A stretch of DNA of 64,000 nt, taken from the NCBI GenBank assembly GCA_963662795.1, contig OY759746.1:3360001-3424000 (forward strand), in the 5' to 3' direction. The notes beneath the pieces were generated by a model. The model searched no databases, was not told the origin of the DNA, and was given only the letters and a program-made list of their open reading frames with translations. The position numbers and the translations under genes are program-made. Shown here piece by piece: positions 36,542 through 46,314 of the stretch. This DNA comes from Spirochaetia bacterium. Lineage in GTDB: Bacteria; Spirochaetota; Spirochaetia; CADAEX01. Numbering within the stretch: the first letter of the stretch is position 1; every line of letters begins with the position of its first letter.

Positions 36542-39500
36542 TTCCAACGGATTTCTGGAGTTTTCCTCTAATGATGCTCTTGCAGGTTTCAGACTCAAAC
36601 GGCTTGAAGTTTATAACTGGGGAACTTTCCACAACAGGATATGGGAACTGCGTCTTGACGGGCTTAACGGACTTTTAACAGGAGATATCGGTTCCGGGAA
36701 ATCAACCCTTGTAGATGCTGTTACAACCCTTCTTGTTCCTGCCAACAAGGTGTCATACAACAAGGCAGCAGGGGCTGAGTACAAGGAGCGGAGTCTTCGG
36801 TCCTATGTTCTGGGCTACTACAAGTCTGAACGGAGCGATGGAGGCTATTCTGCAAAGCCTGTAGCCCTCCGGGACCGTAACTCATACTCAGTTATACTCG
36901 GCTCGTTTTTCAACGAAGGTTATGATCAGGAAGTTACGCTGGCTCAGGTCTTCTGGCAGAAGGAGGCCGCAGGACAGCCGTCGCGGTTTTATGTACTTGC
37001 AGACAGAGACCTTTCAATAGTTGAGCATTTTTCGAATTTCGGCTCAGACATATCACGGCTTAAAAAAGAACTAAAAACACTTGAGCATGTTGAGCCCCCC
37101 TTCGATACCTTTCCCCCATACGGAGCAGCTTTTCGCCGTCGGTTCGGTCTGCAAAGCGACCAGGCTCTCGAGCTTTTTCACCAGACTGTATCGCTCAAAT
37201 CGGTAGGAAACCTGACCGGTTTTGTACGTGAACACATGCTTGAATCTTTCGATACTTCCCCCCGGATTGAAGAGCTTATCAATCATTTTGAAGACCTTAA
37301 CCGGTCACATGAAGCTGTTCTTAAGGCGAAATCCCAGATCGAAAGGCTGACCCCTTTATCTGAAAAGTTATCAAAATTCGAACTTCTCGAGAAAGAGAGG
37401 ATAAAAATGCGTTTATGCCGGGATGGTTTAAGTCCCTATTTTGCCTCTGAGAAGTTATTGCTTTTGTCAAGCAGGATTGAAAAACAGGACAGCATAATAA
37501 ATAAACAAAAAATAAAGGAAGAAGGGGTATCCTCGAAAAGAAAATCATTGCAAAAAGAGAGGGATGATCTCAAACTGGCAATTGCGGAAAACGGGGGAGA
37601 CCGTCTTGAGTCTTTGAAGAACGAGAAAAAAGCTTTAGAGGAGGAGAAGGAGAAAAAGCTTTCAAAATTTGAAAAATACCGGAAACTATGCAGATCTCTC
37701 GAGCTGCCTCAGATAAAGGATGCTGACGGTTTTATTGATAACAGGATTAATGCAAAACAGAGGCTTGAAGGGTTCCGGGAAAAATCTGCAGAGCTTCAGA
37801 ACAGCAGAACAGATCAGGAAGTCATAATCAAGGGGCTGAAGGATGAGCACAGCATGGTTTCGGATGAAATTGACTCCCTGAAAAAAAGACAGAGCAATAT
37901 CAGTCTGAAGCAGATAAGTATCAGGGATGATTTATGCGCTGCTATAGGATTATCCCCGGAAAAGCTTCCGTTTGCAGGTGAACTTATCATGGTCAGGGAA
38001 GAAGAGTCCCTCTGGGAAGGGGCTGCTGAGAGGGTGCTTCATAATTTTGCCCTTTCCCTTCTTGTTCCTGCCGCTAACTACAAAGCAGTTACCGAGTGGG
38101 TTGACAGGACACACCTGCGCGGACGTCTTGTGTATTACAAGGTTGGAGAAGGTGTAGTTCAGTTTGTTCGCGATCCGGATGCAGGACTGCTCCCTTCAAA
38201 ACTCCTGGTAAAACCGGATTCTGTATTTCATGAATGGCTTGAAGAGCAGCTGCACCGCCGCTTTGATTATACCTGCTGCGAAAGCCTCGATGAGTTTCGA
38301 AAGGTAAAGAAGGGTATTACCCGTTCTGGGCAGATCAAGGGTTCCCTCTCCCGGCATGAAAAAGATGACCGCCATGATATAAATGACAGGGGTAGTTATG
38401 TTCTCGGATGGACAAATCGCGATAAAATCAAGGCGCTGAGTTCAAGACAGAAGGAACTTGAAGAGGCAATGGCTGAAATTGCCGGTGAAATAAACCGAAT
38501 CCGCGATGCGATTGAAACCCTGGACAGGGAAAAGAACAATCTCAATAACATTGAATTTTATAATGACTATGAAGAGATTAACTGGCATCCTGCAGCAGGG
38601 AGGATTGAATACCTTAAGGGGGAGATATCAAAGCTTGAGAAATCATCTGACATACTTAAATTACTTAATGAGAATCTTCAGAGGATAGACTCAGAACTGG
38701 AACTTGTTGAAACGGAACTTGAGATGGTGCGCTCTGAAATAACAACCCTGACCGAGCGTAACCGTGCAGCCAGAGAACAGCTTGAAGCGGAAGTGGAAAT
38801 AATAAACGATTCAGGTGCAGAGATTGATAAGCTCCGCTCTGCATTAAAAACTCTTGTAGATGAAGCTCTGGGGGATTTCCGGCTGACAGTCGAGAATTGT
38901 GACGCTCATCAGAAAAAGGTACGGGAATGGCTCCAGGGGAAGTTAGACGCGATCGATAAGCGGGTAAAAGTGTTATCAGAGAGTATTATAAGCATTATGG
39001 CCGATTTCCGAAACGATTATCCGGCAGAGACCAGCGATTTTGATGCATCACTTGAGTCAGCCCCTGATTTTCTTTCCTTACTCAATCAGCTGAATGCTGA
39101 TGATCTTCCGAAATATGAGGAACGGTTCAAACGGCAGCTGAACGAGAATACAATCCGCGGCATTGCGGGTTTTCAGGCCCAGCTTAACAAGGAATTCAGG
39201 CAGATAGAAGAACGGGTGAGCCATATAAACAAATCCATGGCAGCAATCGAATATAACAAGGGGCGGTACATCAAGCTTGAAACTCTTCCCTCAAACGATT
39301 CAGATATCCGCGGGTTCCGTCAGGAACTCAGATCCTGTACCGAAGGAAGCCTTGCCAGTACCGATAATGAACAGTATACCGAGGAGAAGTTTCTGCAGGT
39401 CAAGCGTATTGTAAACAGGTTCAAAGGGCGCGAGGGGACTTCTGATCTTGATAAAAAATGGACACAGAAAGTCACAGATGTAAGAAACTGGTTTGCCTTT

Positions 39501-39920
39501 GCCGCATCGGAGCGCTGGATTGAAGATGACAGCGAATATGAGCATTACACTGATTCCGGAGGAAAGTCAGGCGGACAGAAGGAGAAGCTTGCATATACTG
39601 TACTTGCAGCAAGCCTTGCGTATCGGTTCGGCCTTGAATGGGGAGAGATCCGTTCCCGCAGTTTCCGCTTTGTAGTTATTGACGAAGCTTTCGGCCGCGG
39701 CTCTGATGAGTCGGCCCGCTTCGGGCTTGAACTTTTTAAACAGCTTAATCTACAGATCCTTATCATTACCCCGCTTCAGAAAATTCATATTATTGAACCC
39801 TATGTATCTACTGTCGGTTTTGTCCACAACGAGGAAGGGAAAAAATCTCTTCTAAGATCGATTACAATAGCGGAATATAAGGCGGAAAAAGAGCAGGCTC
39901 TCAAGGCGGTGCCAAGTTGA
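36534..39920 (+). CDS. jetC: Wadjet SMC-family ATPase JetC
   Basis: RLEVYNWGTF, Walker A GDIGSGKS, long coiled coils, KSGGQKEKL signature, Walker B VVIDEAF. Confidence 0.92.
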   Translation: MSDSNGFLEFSSNDALAGFRLKRLEVYNWGTFHNRIWELRLDGLNGLLTGDIGSGKSTLVDAVTTLLVPANKVSYNKAAGAEYKERSLRSYVLGYYKSERSDGGYSAKPVALRDRNSYSVILGSFFNEGYDQEVTLAQVFWQKEAAGQPSRFYVLADRDLSIVEHFSNFGSDISRLKKELKTLEHVEPPFDTFPPYGAAFRRRFGLQSDQALELFHQTVSLKSVGNLTGFVREHMLESFDTSPRIEELINHFEDLNRSHEAVLKAKSQIERLTPLSEKLSKFELLEKERIKMRLCRDGLSPYFASEKLLLLSSRIEKQDSIINKQKIKEEGVSSKRKSLQKERDDLKLAIAENGGDRLESLKNEKKALEEEKEKKLSKFEKYRKLCRSLELPQIKDADGFIDNRINAKQRLEGFREKSAELQNSRTDQEVIIKGLKDEHSMVSDEIDSLKKRQSNISLKQISIRDDLCAAIGLSPEKLPFAGELIMVREEESLWEGAAERVLHNFALSLLVPAANYKAVTEWVDRTHLRGRLVYYKVGEGVVQFVRDPDAGLLPSKLLVKPDSVFHEWLEEQLHRRFDYTCCESLDEFRKVKKGITRSGQIKGSLSRHEKDDRHDINDRGSYVLGWTNRDKIKALSSRQKELEEAMAEIAGEINRIRDAIETLDREKNNLNNIEFYNDYEEINWHPAAGRIEYLKGEISKLEKSSDILKLLNENLQRIDSELELVETELEMVRSEITTLTERNRAAREQLEAEVEIINDSGAEIDKLRSALKTLVDEALGDFRLTVENCDAHQKKVREWLQGKLDAIDKRVKVLSESIISIMADFRNDYPAETSDFDASLESAPDFLSLLNQLNADDLPKYEERFKRQLNENTIRGIAGFQAQLNKEFRQIEERVSHINKSMAAIEYNKGRYIKLETLPSNDSDIRGFRQELRSCTEGSLASTDNEQYTEEKFLQVKRIVNRFKGREGTSDLDKKWTQKVTDVRNWFAFAASERWIEDDSEYEHYTDSGGKSGGQKEKLAYTVLAASLAYRFGLEWGEIRSRSFRFVVIDEAFGRGSDESARFGLELFKQLNLQILIITPLQKIHIIEPYVSTVGFVHNEEGKKSLLRSITIAEYKAEKEQALKAVPS

Positions 39921-41095
39921 GTATGGGCGGCTTAAAGCAGATCAAGTCCCGGCTTATCGCCCAGTGGGAGAGGGGGAGATTTTTAAAAGCATTTGCCTCA
40001 GATGAGGTTCGTTTTCCTTATGAAGTGGCAATCAAGGGACCGTCCGCCGCTGATATGGTTGATAATTTTGATGCTGTCAGGAACTGGGTGCGGGAGATAG
40101 AATCCGGATGTGCTAAAAATCATCTGAACCTTTTCTGGAAAGAGATAAATCACCGGCAGCTTGGACGCAATTCACTTCCGGAGAAAGTTGTTTTTTCAGA
40201 TATTACCGATCTTGCCGGTTTTCTTGGGAAGAAAGATGAATTCAAAACTTTCGAGGCTGCCCTTGCTGTGATTAAAACTGCATTCCCTGAGCTTGTCGAA
40301 TGGACGTTGTTATATCCATTTGAATTGGTAAAAAACAGTTCAGATATTGAAAGACTTTTGTCTATTGCCGAGTGGAGACTTCATCATCCGGAACCCTCCA
40401 TATACCTCAGGCAGCTATCCCTTCCCGGAGTTGATACGAAATTTATCGAGAAGCATAAAAAACTTCTTTCCTTCTGGTTTGATATTCTCCTCGATAATGC
40501 ACAGATCCATCATAGGTTTTCAGGAGTGTCAAAATTTGAAATGCGATACGGTTTTTTTCCGAAACCTGAAATGGTCCGGTTCAGAGTTCCTGACTCTGAT
40601 TTGAAAATTGGATCTTTTTCTGATTTGACAGTCAGATCTGATGAATTTGCTTCATTTTCACCATCTGTCAAACAGGTTTTTATTATAGAAAATGACATAA
40701 CAGCTCTTTCTTTTCCGCCGGTTAAGGATTCTCTGGTAATTTTCGGCAGAGGTTATAATTTTGATTATTTGGTCCATGCATCCTGGCTTAATCAAAAGCA
40801 ACTCTGGTACTGGGGTGATATAGATACACATGGGTTTGCAATTCTGAACCAATTCAGGACCTGTTTTCCGGATGTACGCTCATTTTTGATGGACTCAAAA
40901 ACCTTGATGGCCCACCGGGAGCACTGGGGTGTTGAAAATAAGCCTGTTATTGCCGATCTTACAAAGCTGAACATGGAAGAGACTTGTCTTTATGATGAGC
41001 TTCGGTATAACAGGATAAGGGAAAATCTCAGGCTTGAGCAGGAGTTTGTTGACTACTCATATGCAATGGAAGTTATCAATTCTCTCTCTCCTTAA
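39917..41095 (+). CDS. jetD: Wadjet TOPRIM nuclease JetD (DUF3322+DUF2220)
   Basis: YLRQL.LPGVDTKFIE, IIEND, YWGDIDTHG, RLEQE. Confidence 0.9.
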   Translation: MSMGGLKQIKSRLIAQWERGRFLKAFASDEVRFPYEVAIKGPSAADMVDNFDAVRNWVREIESGCAKNHLNLFWKEINHRQLGRNSLPEKVVFSDITDLAGFLGKKDEFKTFEAALAVIKTAFPELVEWTLLYPFELVKNSSDIERLLSIAEWRLHHPEPSIYLRQLSLPGVDTKFIEKHKKLLSFWFDILLDNAQIHHRFSGVSKFEMRYGFFPKPEMVRFRVPDSDLKIGSFSDLTVRSDEFASFSPSVKQVFIIENDITALSFPPVKDSLVIFGRGYNFDYLVHASWLNQKQLWYWGDIDTHGFAILNQFRTCFPDVRSFLMDSKTLMAHREHWGVENKPVIADLTKLNMEETCLYDELRYNRIRENLRLEQEFVDYSYAMEVINSLSP

Positions 41096-41331
41096 ACCTG
41101 CACTAAACTTATGAGTTCTACAAGACTCATTCCCAGCATAACGGGGCGTTGAGGGGAGCGGGGCTAAAGACACCCCTTTTCTCAGTTGAAAATTGAAGTA
41201 GTTTAAAAACCTGAATGCAAACATCTGTTATTACCCGCAATTCCTCTTTTTGTAATAATTTGGGCCCGATTGATTAAATATTGTAAAAAATATTAATATA
41301 ATGAGTATATTTGATGGATGAGGAGTATTAG

Positions 41332-42981
41332 ATGCTTAAACCGCTCGAAATAAATAAAAATTTTAAAAAAAGAAAAGGGCCTGTCCTTCTTGTCATTATG
41401 GACGGAGTAGGATTCGGGAAATACAGGGAAGGGGATGCTGTTTTAAACTCACTTACCCCGAATTTGGATAATCTGATAAAAAAATACCCGTTTACAAAGC
41501 TTAAAGCCCATGGAAAAGCTGTTGGTCTGCCGTCTGATGATGATATGGGCAACAGCGAGGTAGGTCATAACGCAATGGGATGCGGGAGGGTGTTTTCGCA
41601 GGGGGCAATGCTTGTAACTGACTCAATTAAGACAGGCAGGATGTTTGAAGGGGCGACCTGGAAAAAACTTGTTTCCAATATAGTTCTTTCCGGGAAAACA
41701 CTCCATTTTATCGGCCTGTTTTCTGACGGGAATGTTCATAGTCACATGGATCACCTTAAAGCCATGATTGAAAAAGCAAAGGAAGAAAAAGTTTCCCGTG
41801 TAAGAGTTCATATACTTCTTGATGGAAGGGATGTCGGTGAGACATCCGCCCTTGAATATATCAATCCATTTGAGGAATATCTTGATAAACTCAGAAGCCC
41901 CTCCTTTGACTGCTTAATCGCTTCCGGCGGAGGCAGGATGGCAATTACCATGGACAGGTACGGAGCCAACTGGAAAATGGTAGAGGACGGCTGGAAAACA
42001 CATGTTCTCGGTGAGGGGAGGATGTTTAAATCAGCAAAAGAGGCTGTGGAAATATTAAGGGCTGAAACCGGGTCAATCGATCAGGATATAAAACCTTTTA
42101 TTATAGAGAAAAACGGCAAGCCGGCAGGCACCATTGAGGATGGGGATTCTGTAATATTCTATAACTTCAGGGGCGACAGGGCCCTTGAAATTACAGAGGC
42201 TTTTGAGAAAAAGGAATTTAAAAAATTTGACCGAAAAAGGTACCCTGCTGTGCAGTATGCGGGGATGATGGAGTATGACGGAGACCTGCACGTGCCTGCA
42301 CAGTACCTTGTCGAACCGCCGTCAATTGACAGAACAATGGGGGAATATCTTGCCGCCTCAGGAGTAAAAACACTTGCGATCAGCGAAACGCAGAAATACG
42401 GGCATGTAACCTATTTTTTCAACGGCAACAGGACAGGTAAGTTCGATGAAAAACTTGAGGATTACATAGAAATCCTTTCAGATGTAGTTCCTTTTGAGGA
42501 AAGACCCTGGATGAAATGCGCAGATATTACAGACAAGGTGATAGAAGCTGTAAAGTCAGGAAAATATGATTACATAAGACTTAACTTCCCTAACGGTGAC
42601 ATGGTGGGGCATACCGGTATATATGAAGCGGTTGTCTGTTCAATGGAAGCACTTGACCTGTGCCTCGGCAGGCTATATAAGGCTGTGACTGAAGCATCGG
42701 GAGTCATGATTGTAACTGCTGATCACGGAAATGCTGATGATATGTTTGAACATGATAAAAAAGGTGATGTTAAAATTAAGAAAAACGGGAAACCAAAGGC
42801 AAAAACATCGCATTCCCTTAATCCTGTACCATGTATTGTTTATGATCCTGAATATAAGGGTGAATATGATAAGAATCTGAATGAGGGGCTTGGCATAAGC
42901 TCAATTGCCGCAACCAGTATAGAGCTGCTCGGGTTTAATCCGCCGGAGGATTATGATAAATCAGTCTTAAACTGGAAATAG
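41332..42981 (+). CDS. gpmI: 2,3-bisphosphoglycerate-independent phosphoglycerate mutase
   Basis: IMDGVG, MGNSEVGH, SDGNVHSH, DGRD, NFRGDRA, SETQKYGHVTYF, NGDMVGH, TADHGN. Confidence 0.95.
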   Translation: MLKPLEINKNFKKRKGPVLLVIMDGVGFGKYREGDAVLNSLTPNLDNLIKKYPFTKLKAHGKAVGLPSDDDMGNSEVGHNAMGCGRVFSQGAMLVTDSIKTGRMFEGATWKKLVSNIVLSGKTLHFIGLFSDGNVHSHMDHLKAMIEKAKEEKVSRVRVHILLDGRDVGETSALEYINPFEEYLDKLRSPSFDCLIASGGGRMAITMDRYGANWKMVEDGWKTHVLGEGRMFKSAKEAVEILRAETGSIDQDIKPFIIEKNGKPAGTIEDGDSVIFYNFRGDRALEITEAFEKKEFKKFDRKRYPAVQYAGMMEYDGDLHVPAQYLVEPPSIDRTMGEYLAASGVKTLAISETQKYGHVTYFFNGNRTGKFDEKLEDYIEILSDVVPFEERPWMKCADITDKVIEAVKSGKYDYIRLNFPNGDMVGHTGIYEAVVCSMEALDLCLGRLYKAVTEASGVMIVTADHGNADDMFEHDKKGDVKIKKNGKPKAKTSHSLNPVPCIVYDPEYKGEYDKNLNEGLGISSIAATSIELLGFNPPEDYDKSVLNWK

Positions 42982-42999
42982 TATAAGGTTAATCATTTT

Positions 43000-43027
43000 G
43001 CCGGTTCCGTTCGGGACCGGCCTTTTT
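43000..43027 (+). terminator. Intrinsic terminator after gpmI
   Basis: GCCGGTTCC-GTTC-GGGACCGGC followed by CTTTTT. Confidence 0.75.
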
Positions 43028-43065
43028 AAGTAAATACAAAAGTTGATGATGTTTACAATATTTAT

Positions 43066-43941
43066 TCAGAAATCGTAATAGACCCATTGCCTTGCGAAAT
43101 CGCGGAATCCGAAATCCTTTATTTTATCTTTGTACTCTTCGAAGTTATCCCCGTAATGCATTAAAAGCATCTTCTTTTTTATTTCCGGCTGAAGGGTTTT
43201 AAGCTCATCAATTCCTGAATGCACGCCGCCTGTGAAGAACTGGCAGTCGTGAAATATCGCCTTGAAATTATGTTTTTCATCAAGTTCGTAAAGAAAATCC
43301 GGATCAAATCTGGTATCGCCGGAATAGAGTACCTTATCATCAATAATAACTCCGCAGCTCCAGAATCCGCTGTCCCAGGTATCTTCTTCAGGAACATGCA
43401 TTGTCCTGAACATCCTGATATCAATTTTACCGGTGTTGTAATGATATGCATCCCGTGAGTAATCATTTATTCTTTCAGGATATTTCACCTCAAAGAAATC
43501 CTCAAAAACAAGAGGATACCCGAAATCATCCTGATTAAAACCGCATCCCCCGCGGAGCGATAAGTCCCAGAGAAGGTGTTTGTACGTTTTTGTGATAATT
43601 ATTTCAGGCTTTGTCTTTGTAATATATTTACCGGAAAGCATGACCTCTTCAAGACCGCCGATATGGTCAGCGTGAGAGTGTGTAATGAGATACTTTTTTA
43701 TTTTTGATATCGGAACCCCGAGTTCATGGAATGCCTGCGGGGTTTTAGTGCCACAGTCGATTAAAATATGATCATCACCTTTAATTATAAGGAGGTTGGT
43801 CTGATAGAGTTTTTTTGTAAAAGCACTCCCTGTTCCTATGAAAAAGAGCGAAAGCCGCCCGTCATTACCAAGTGACAGTTTTTCTTCTTCATTTTCCCTT
43901 ATTTTATACTTCATTGGTATAATATCGGCCCGATTATTCAT
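43066..43941 (-). CDS. MBL-fold metallo-hydrolase
   Basis: GTGSAF, LIDCG, THSHADHIGG, SGDTRFD, FHDCQ, LMHYGD. Confidence 0.88.
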   Translation of the reverse strand: MNNRADIIPMKYKIRENEEEKLSLGNDGRLSLFFIGTGSAFTKKLYQTNLLIIKGDDHILIDCGTKTPQAFHELGVPISKIKKYLITHSHADHIGGLEEVMLSGKYITKTKPEIIITKTYKHLLWDLSLRGGCGFNQDDFGYPLVFEDFFEVKYPERINDYSRDAYHYNTGKIDIRMFRTMHVPEEDTWDSGFWSCGVIIDDKVLYSGDTRFDPDFLYELDEKHNFKAIFHDCQFFTGGVHSGIDELKTLQPEIKKKMLLMHYGDNFEEYKDKIKDFGFRDFARQWVYYDF

Positions 43942-44023
43942 AAAAATTAAAATGCAAAGATATTCAACATTTTTAATATTTATATTATATATGTATATGT
44001 AATTATTAATTCAGGAGAAGTAC

Positions 44024-45142
44024 ATGTTGAAGGTTGGATTTGTCGGGTACAGGGGAATGGTTGGTTCTGTCCTAATGAAAAGAATGGTTGAAGAGGGCGA
44101 TTTTAAGGGATTTGAAAAGGTTTTTTTCTCAACCTCGCAGACCGGGAAAAACGCTGTAATAGCAGGCGGTATTGAAACAGGCATTATGGAAGATGCTGAA
44201 AATATAGATAAGCTTAAACAGATGGATATAGTTGTAACATGCCAGGGGGGAGGCTACACTGAAAAGGTATATCCGCTTTTAATGGCTTCCGGCTGGAAAG
44301 GGTACTGGATTGATGCGGCTTCAACACTTCGGATGAAGGATGACAGCATAATAGTTCTTGATCCTGTCAACAGACCGGTAATCGATAAGGCACTTAAAAA
44401 CGGCATAAAATGCTATGTTGGCGGCAACTGCACAGTAAGTCTTATGCTGATGGGACTAAACGGTCTTTTTCAGAACAACCTTGTCGATTGGGTCAGCTCA
44501 ATGACTTATCAGGCATCATCCGGCGCAGGGGCCAAAAACATGAAAGAACTTCTTGCACAGATGAAGCAGCTCGGCAGCGCAGCCGGTGAAATGATAAATG
44601 ACCCTGCATCCGCGATTCTAGAAGTGGACAGGCTTGTGTCTGAGAAAATGAGGGCAAGCAGTTTTCCGGTTGACAACTTTAAAGTGCCTCTTGCCGGCAG
44701 CGTAATACCATGGATAGATAAAAAACTTGAAAGCGGGCAGTCAAAAGAGGAATGGAAAGGGGTAGCTGAAACCAACAAGATCCTTATGACGAAAAAGCAG
44801 ATTCCGGTAGACGGACTTTGTATAAGAGTAGGAGTCATGAGATGCCACAGCCAGGCTATTACAATTAAAATGAATAAAAATGTTCCGCTTGATGATATTT
44901 ACAGCATTATCGCATCTTCAAATGAATGGGTTAAGGTAATCCCCAATGAGGTGGAAAACTCTATCAGGGACCTTACTCCTGCCGCTGTTTCAGGAACGCT
45001 TGCCATTCCGGTAGGAAGGATCCGTAAAATGAATATAGGTCCTGAATATCTTACCCTGTTTACAGTCGGGGATCAGCTTTTATGGGGAGCGGCAGAACCA
45101 ATCAGGAGAATGCTTAATATAGCACTTGAACATCTGGGATAA
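44024..45142 (+). CDS. asd: Aspartate-semialdehyde dehydrogenase (E. coli/proteobacterial-type)
   Basis: [59 protein letters not shown]. Confidence 0.95.
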   Translation: MLKVGFVGYRGMVGSVLMKRMVEEGDFKGFEKVFFSTSQTGKNAVIAGGIETGIMEDAENIDKLKQMDIVVTCQGGGYTEKVYPLLMASGWKGYWIDAASTLRMKDDSIIVLDPVNRPVIDKALKNGIKCYVGGNCTVSLMLMGLNGLFQNNLVDWVSSMTYQASSGAGAKNMKELLAQMKQLGSAAGEMINDPASAILEVDRLVSEKMRASSFPVDNFKVPLAGSVIPWIDKKLESGQSKEEWKGVAETNKILMTKKQIPVDGLCIRVGVMRCHSQAITIKMNKNVPLDDIYSIIASSNEWVKVIPNEVENSIRDLTPAAVSGTLAIPVGRIRKMNIGPEYLTLFTVGDQLLWGAAEPIRRMLNIALEHLG

Positions 45143-45166
45143 TTATTTTTAACGGTAAATTTTTTC

Positions 45167-45215
45167 TGCCTTTTTGATGCCTCCAGACAGGAAGCTTCAA
45201 AAAGGCATTTTTTTT
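45167..45215. terminator. Intrinsic terminator between asd and the convergent K+ channel gene
   Basis: TGCCTTTTTGA...TCAAAAAGGCA stem followed by a T-run. Confidence 0.72.
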
Positions 45216-45237
45216 ACAGAAATTTTCCCTGCCGCCC

Positions 45238-46221
45238 TCAGATGTGCGAACTTACCTTTATCATATCTTCTTTTTTACCCATCATGACAAGTACATCATA
45301 TTCTTCAAGTATCTCTGTCGGCTGGGGATTAAAAATCATCTCACCGTTATGTTTTTTTATCAGTACAATAATTACCCCGTAATCTCTTCTCAGATTTGAC
45401 TGTATAAGATTTTTTCCCGCAAGGCTTGAACCTGAACTTATGACAGATTCCTCCATCTGCAGTTCAAGGTTATTTTCGAGTGTCGCAATATCAATAAAAT
45501 CCACAACAGTAGGTTTTATCAGGATCTGGGCCATCCTTTTTCCGCCGATATAGTATGGAGAAAGAACACGTGTGGCGCCGGCTCTTTTCAGTTTTATCTC
45601 GTTTTTTTCCTCCGAAGCCCGTGCAAGGATAAATATATGAGGATTAAGTTCCCTTGCCGTAAGCGTGATAAATACGTTATCGGAATCTGATTTTACAGTA
45701 ATGACAATAGCTTTTGCCTTTTTTATCCCTGCCTTGATCAAAGTATTGTCAAGTGTCGCATCCATCGGCAAAGACAGGTATCCTTCAGATTCAAGCTCTT
45801 CGTATATTTTTTCGTTATTCTCCAATATAACATTTTTCATTTTTCGCGCTTCAAGCTCGTCAACAATTATTTTACCTATGGAGCCGTATCCGCAGATAAT
45901 GTAATGATCTGATAATTTACTTATTTTTTTTTCCACTTTTCTTCTCCCGAGGCTCTTGTGAAGGTCTCCCTCAACCAGCATTTTAAGTATGCTTCCCAAT
46001 GTATAACCAGCGATGGTTATCCCTGTTGCAATTACGAACATTGTAATAATGCGTCCGGGCACTGAAAGGGTTTTTACCTCTTCAAAGCCCACCGTGCTTA
46101 TTGTTATGATTGTCATATAAAATGCATCGAAAAAAGGCATTTTTTCAACTATGTGATAGCCTGCTGTTCCTGTAGTTATTGTAATTGCAAGAAGCAATAA
46201 TGCTGTGCGAAGTTTTTTCAA
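45238..46221 (-). CDS. Potassium channel protein with TrkA/RCK domains (MthK-like)
   Basis: 2 TM + pore TISTVGF; ICGYGSIG RCK-N; C-terminal TrkA-C; TTG start. Confidence 0.88.
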   Translation of the reverse strand: MKKLRTALLLLAITITTGTAGYHIVEKMPFFDAFYMTIITISTVGFEEVKTLSVPGRIITMFVIATGITIAGYTLGSILKMLVEGDLHKSLGRRKVEKKISKLSDHYIICGYGSIGKIIVDELEARKMKNVILENNEKIYEELESEGYLSLPMDATLDNTLIKAGIKKAKAIVITVKSDSDNVFITLTARELNPHIFILARASEEKNEIKLKRAGATRVLSPYYIGGKRMAQILIKPTVVDFIDIATLENNLELQMEESVISSGSSLAGKNLIQSNLRRDYGVIIVLIKKHNGEMIFNPQPTEILEEYDVLVMMGKKEDMIKVSSHI

Positions 46222-46240
46222 TATTTATTTCCTGAAACTT

Positions 46241-46272
46241 AAAAATTTGCAGCCGGATTTAAACCGGCTGCA
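46241..46272 (-). terminator. Hairpin terminator after phosphoketolase
   Basis: TGCAGCCGG-N7-CCGGCTGCA perfect stem, T-rich tail on the minus strand. Confidence 0.65.
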
Positions 46273-46314
46273 GTATGATGCTATGCAATATACAAACACA
46301 TTAGAGAGGCCGTT

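Noticed and set aside
41096-41110. Possible second att repeat after jetD (CACTAA)
   Set aside because: Only 6 bp match the tRNA end, expected by chance
41111-41240. GCATAAC-containing segment resembling an integron attC half, plus small hairpins
   Set aside because: No complementary GTTATGC-type end, no second copy and no integron integrase; more likely weak terminator hairpins
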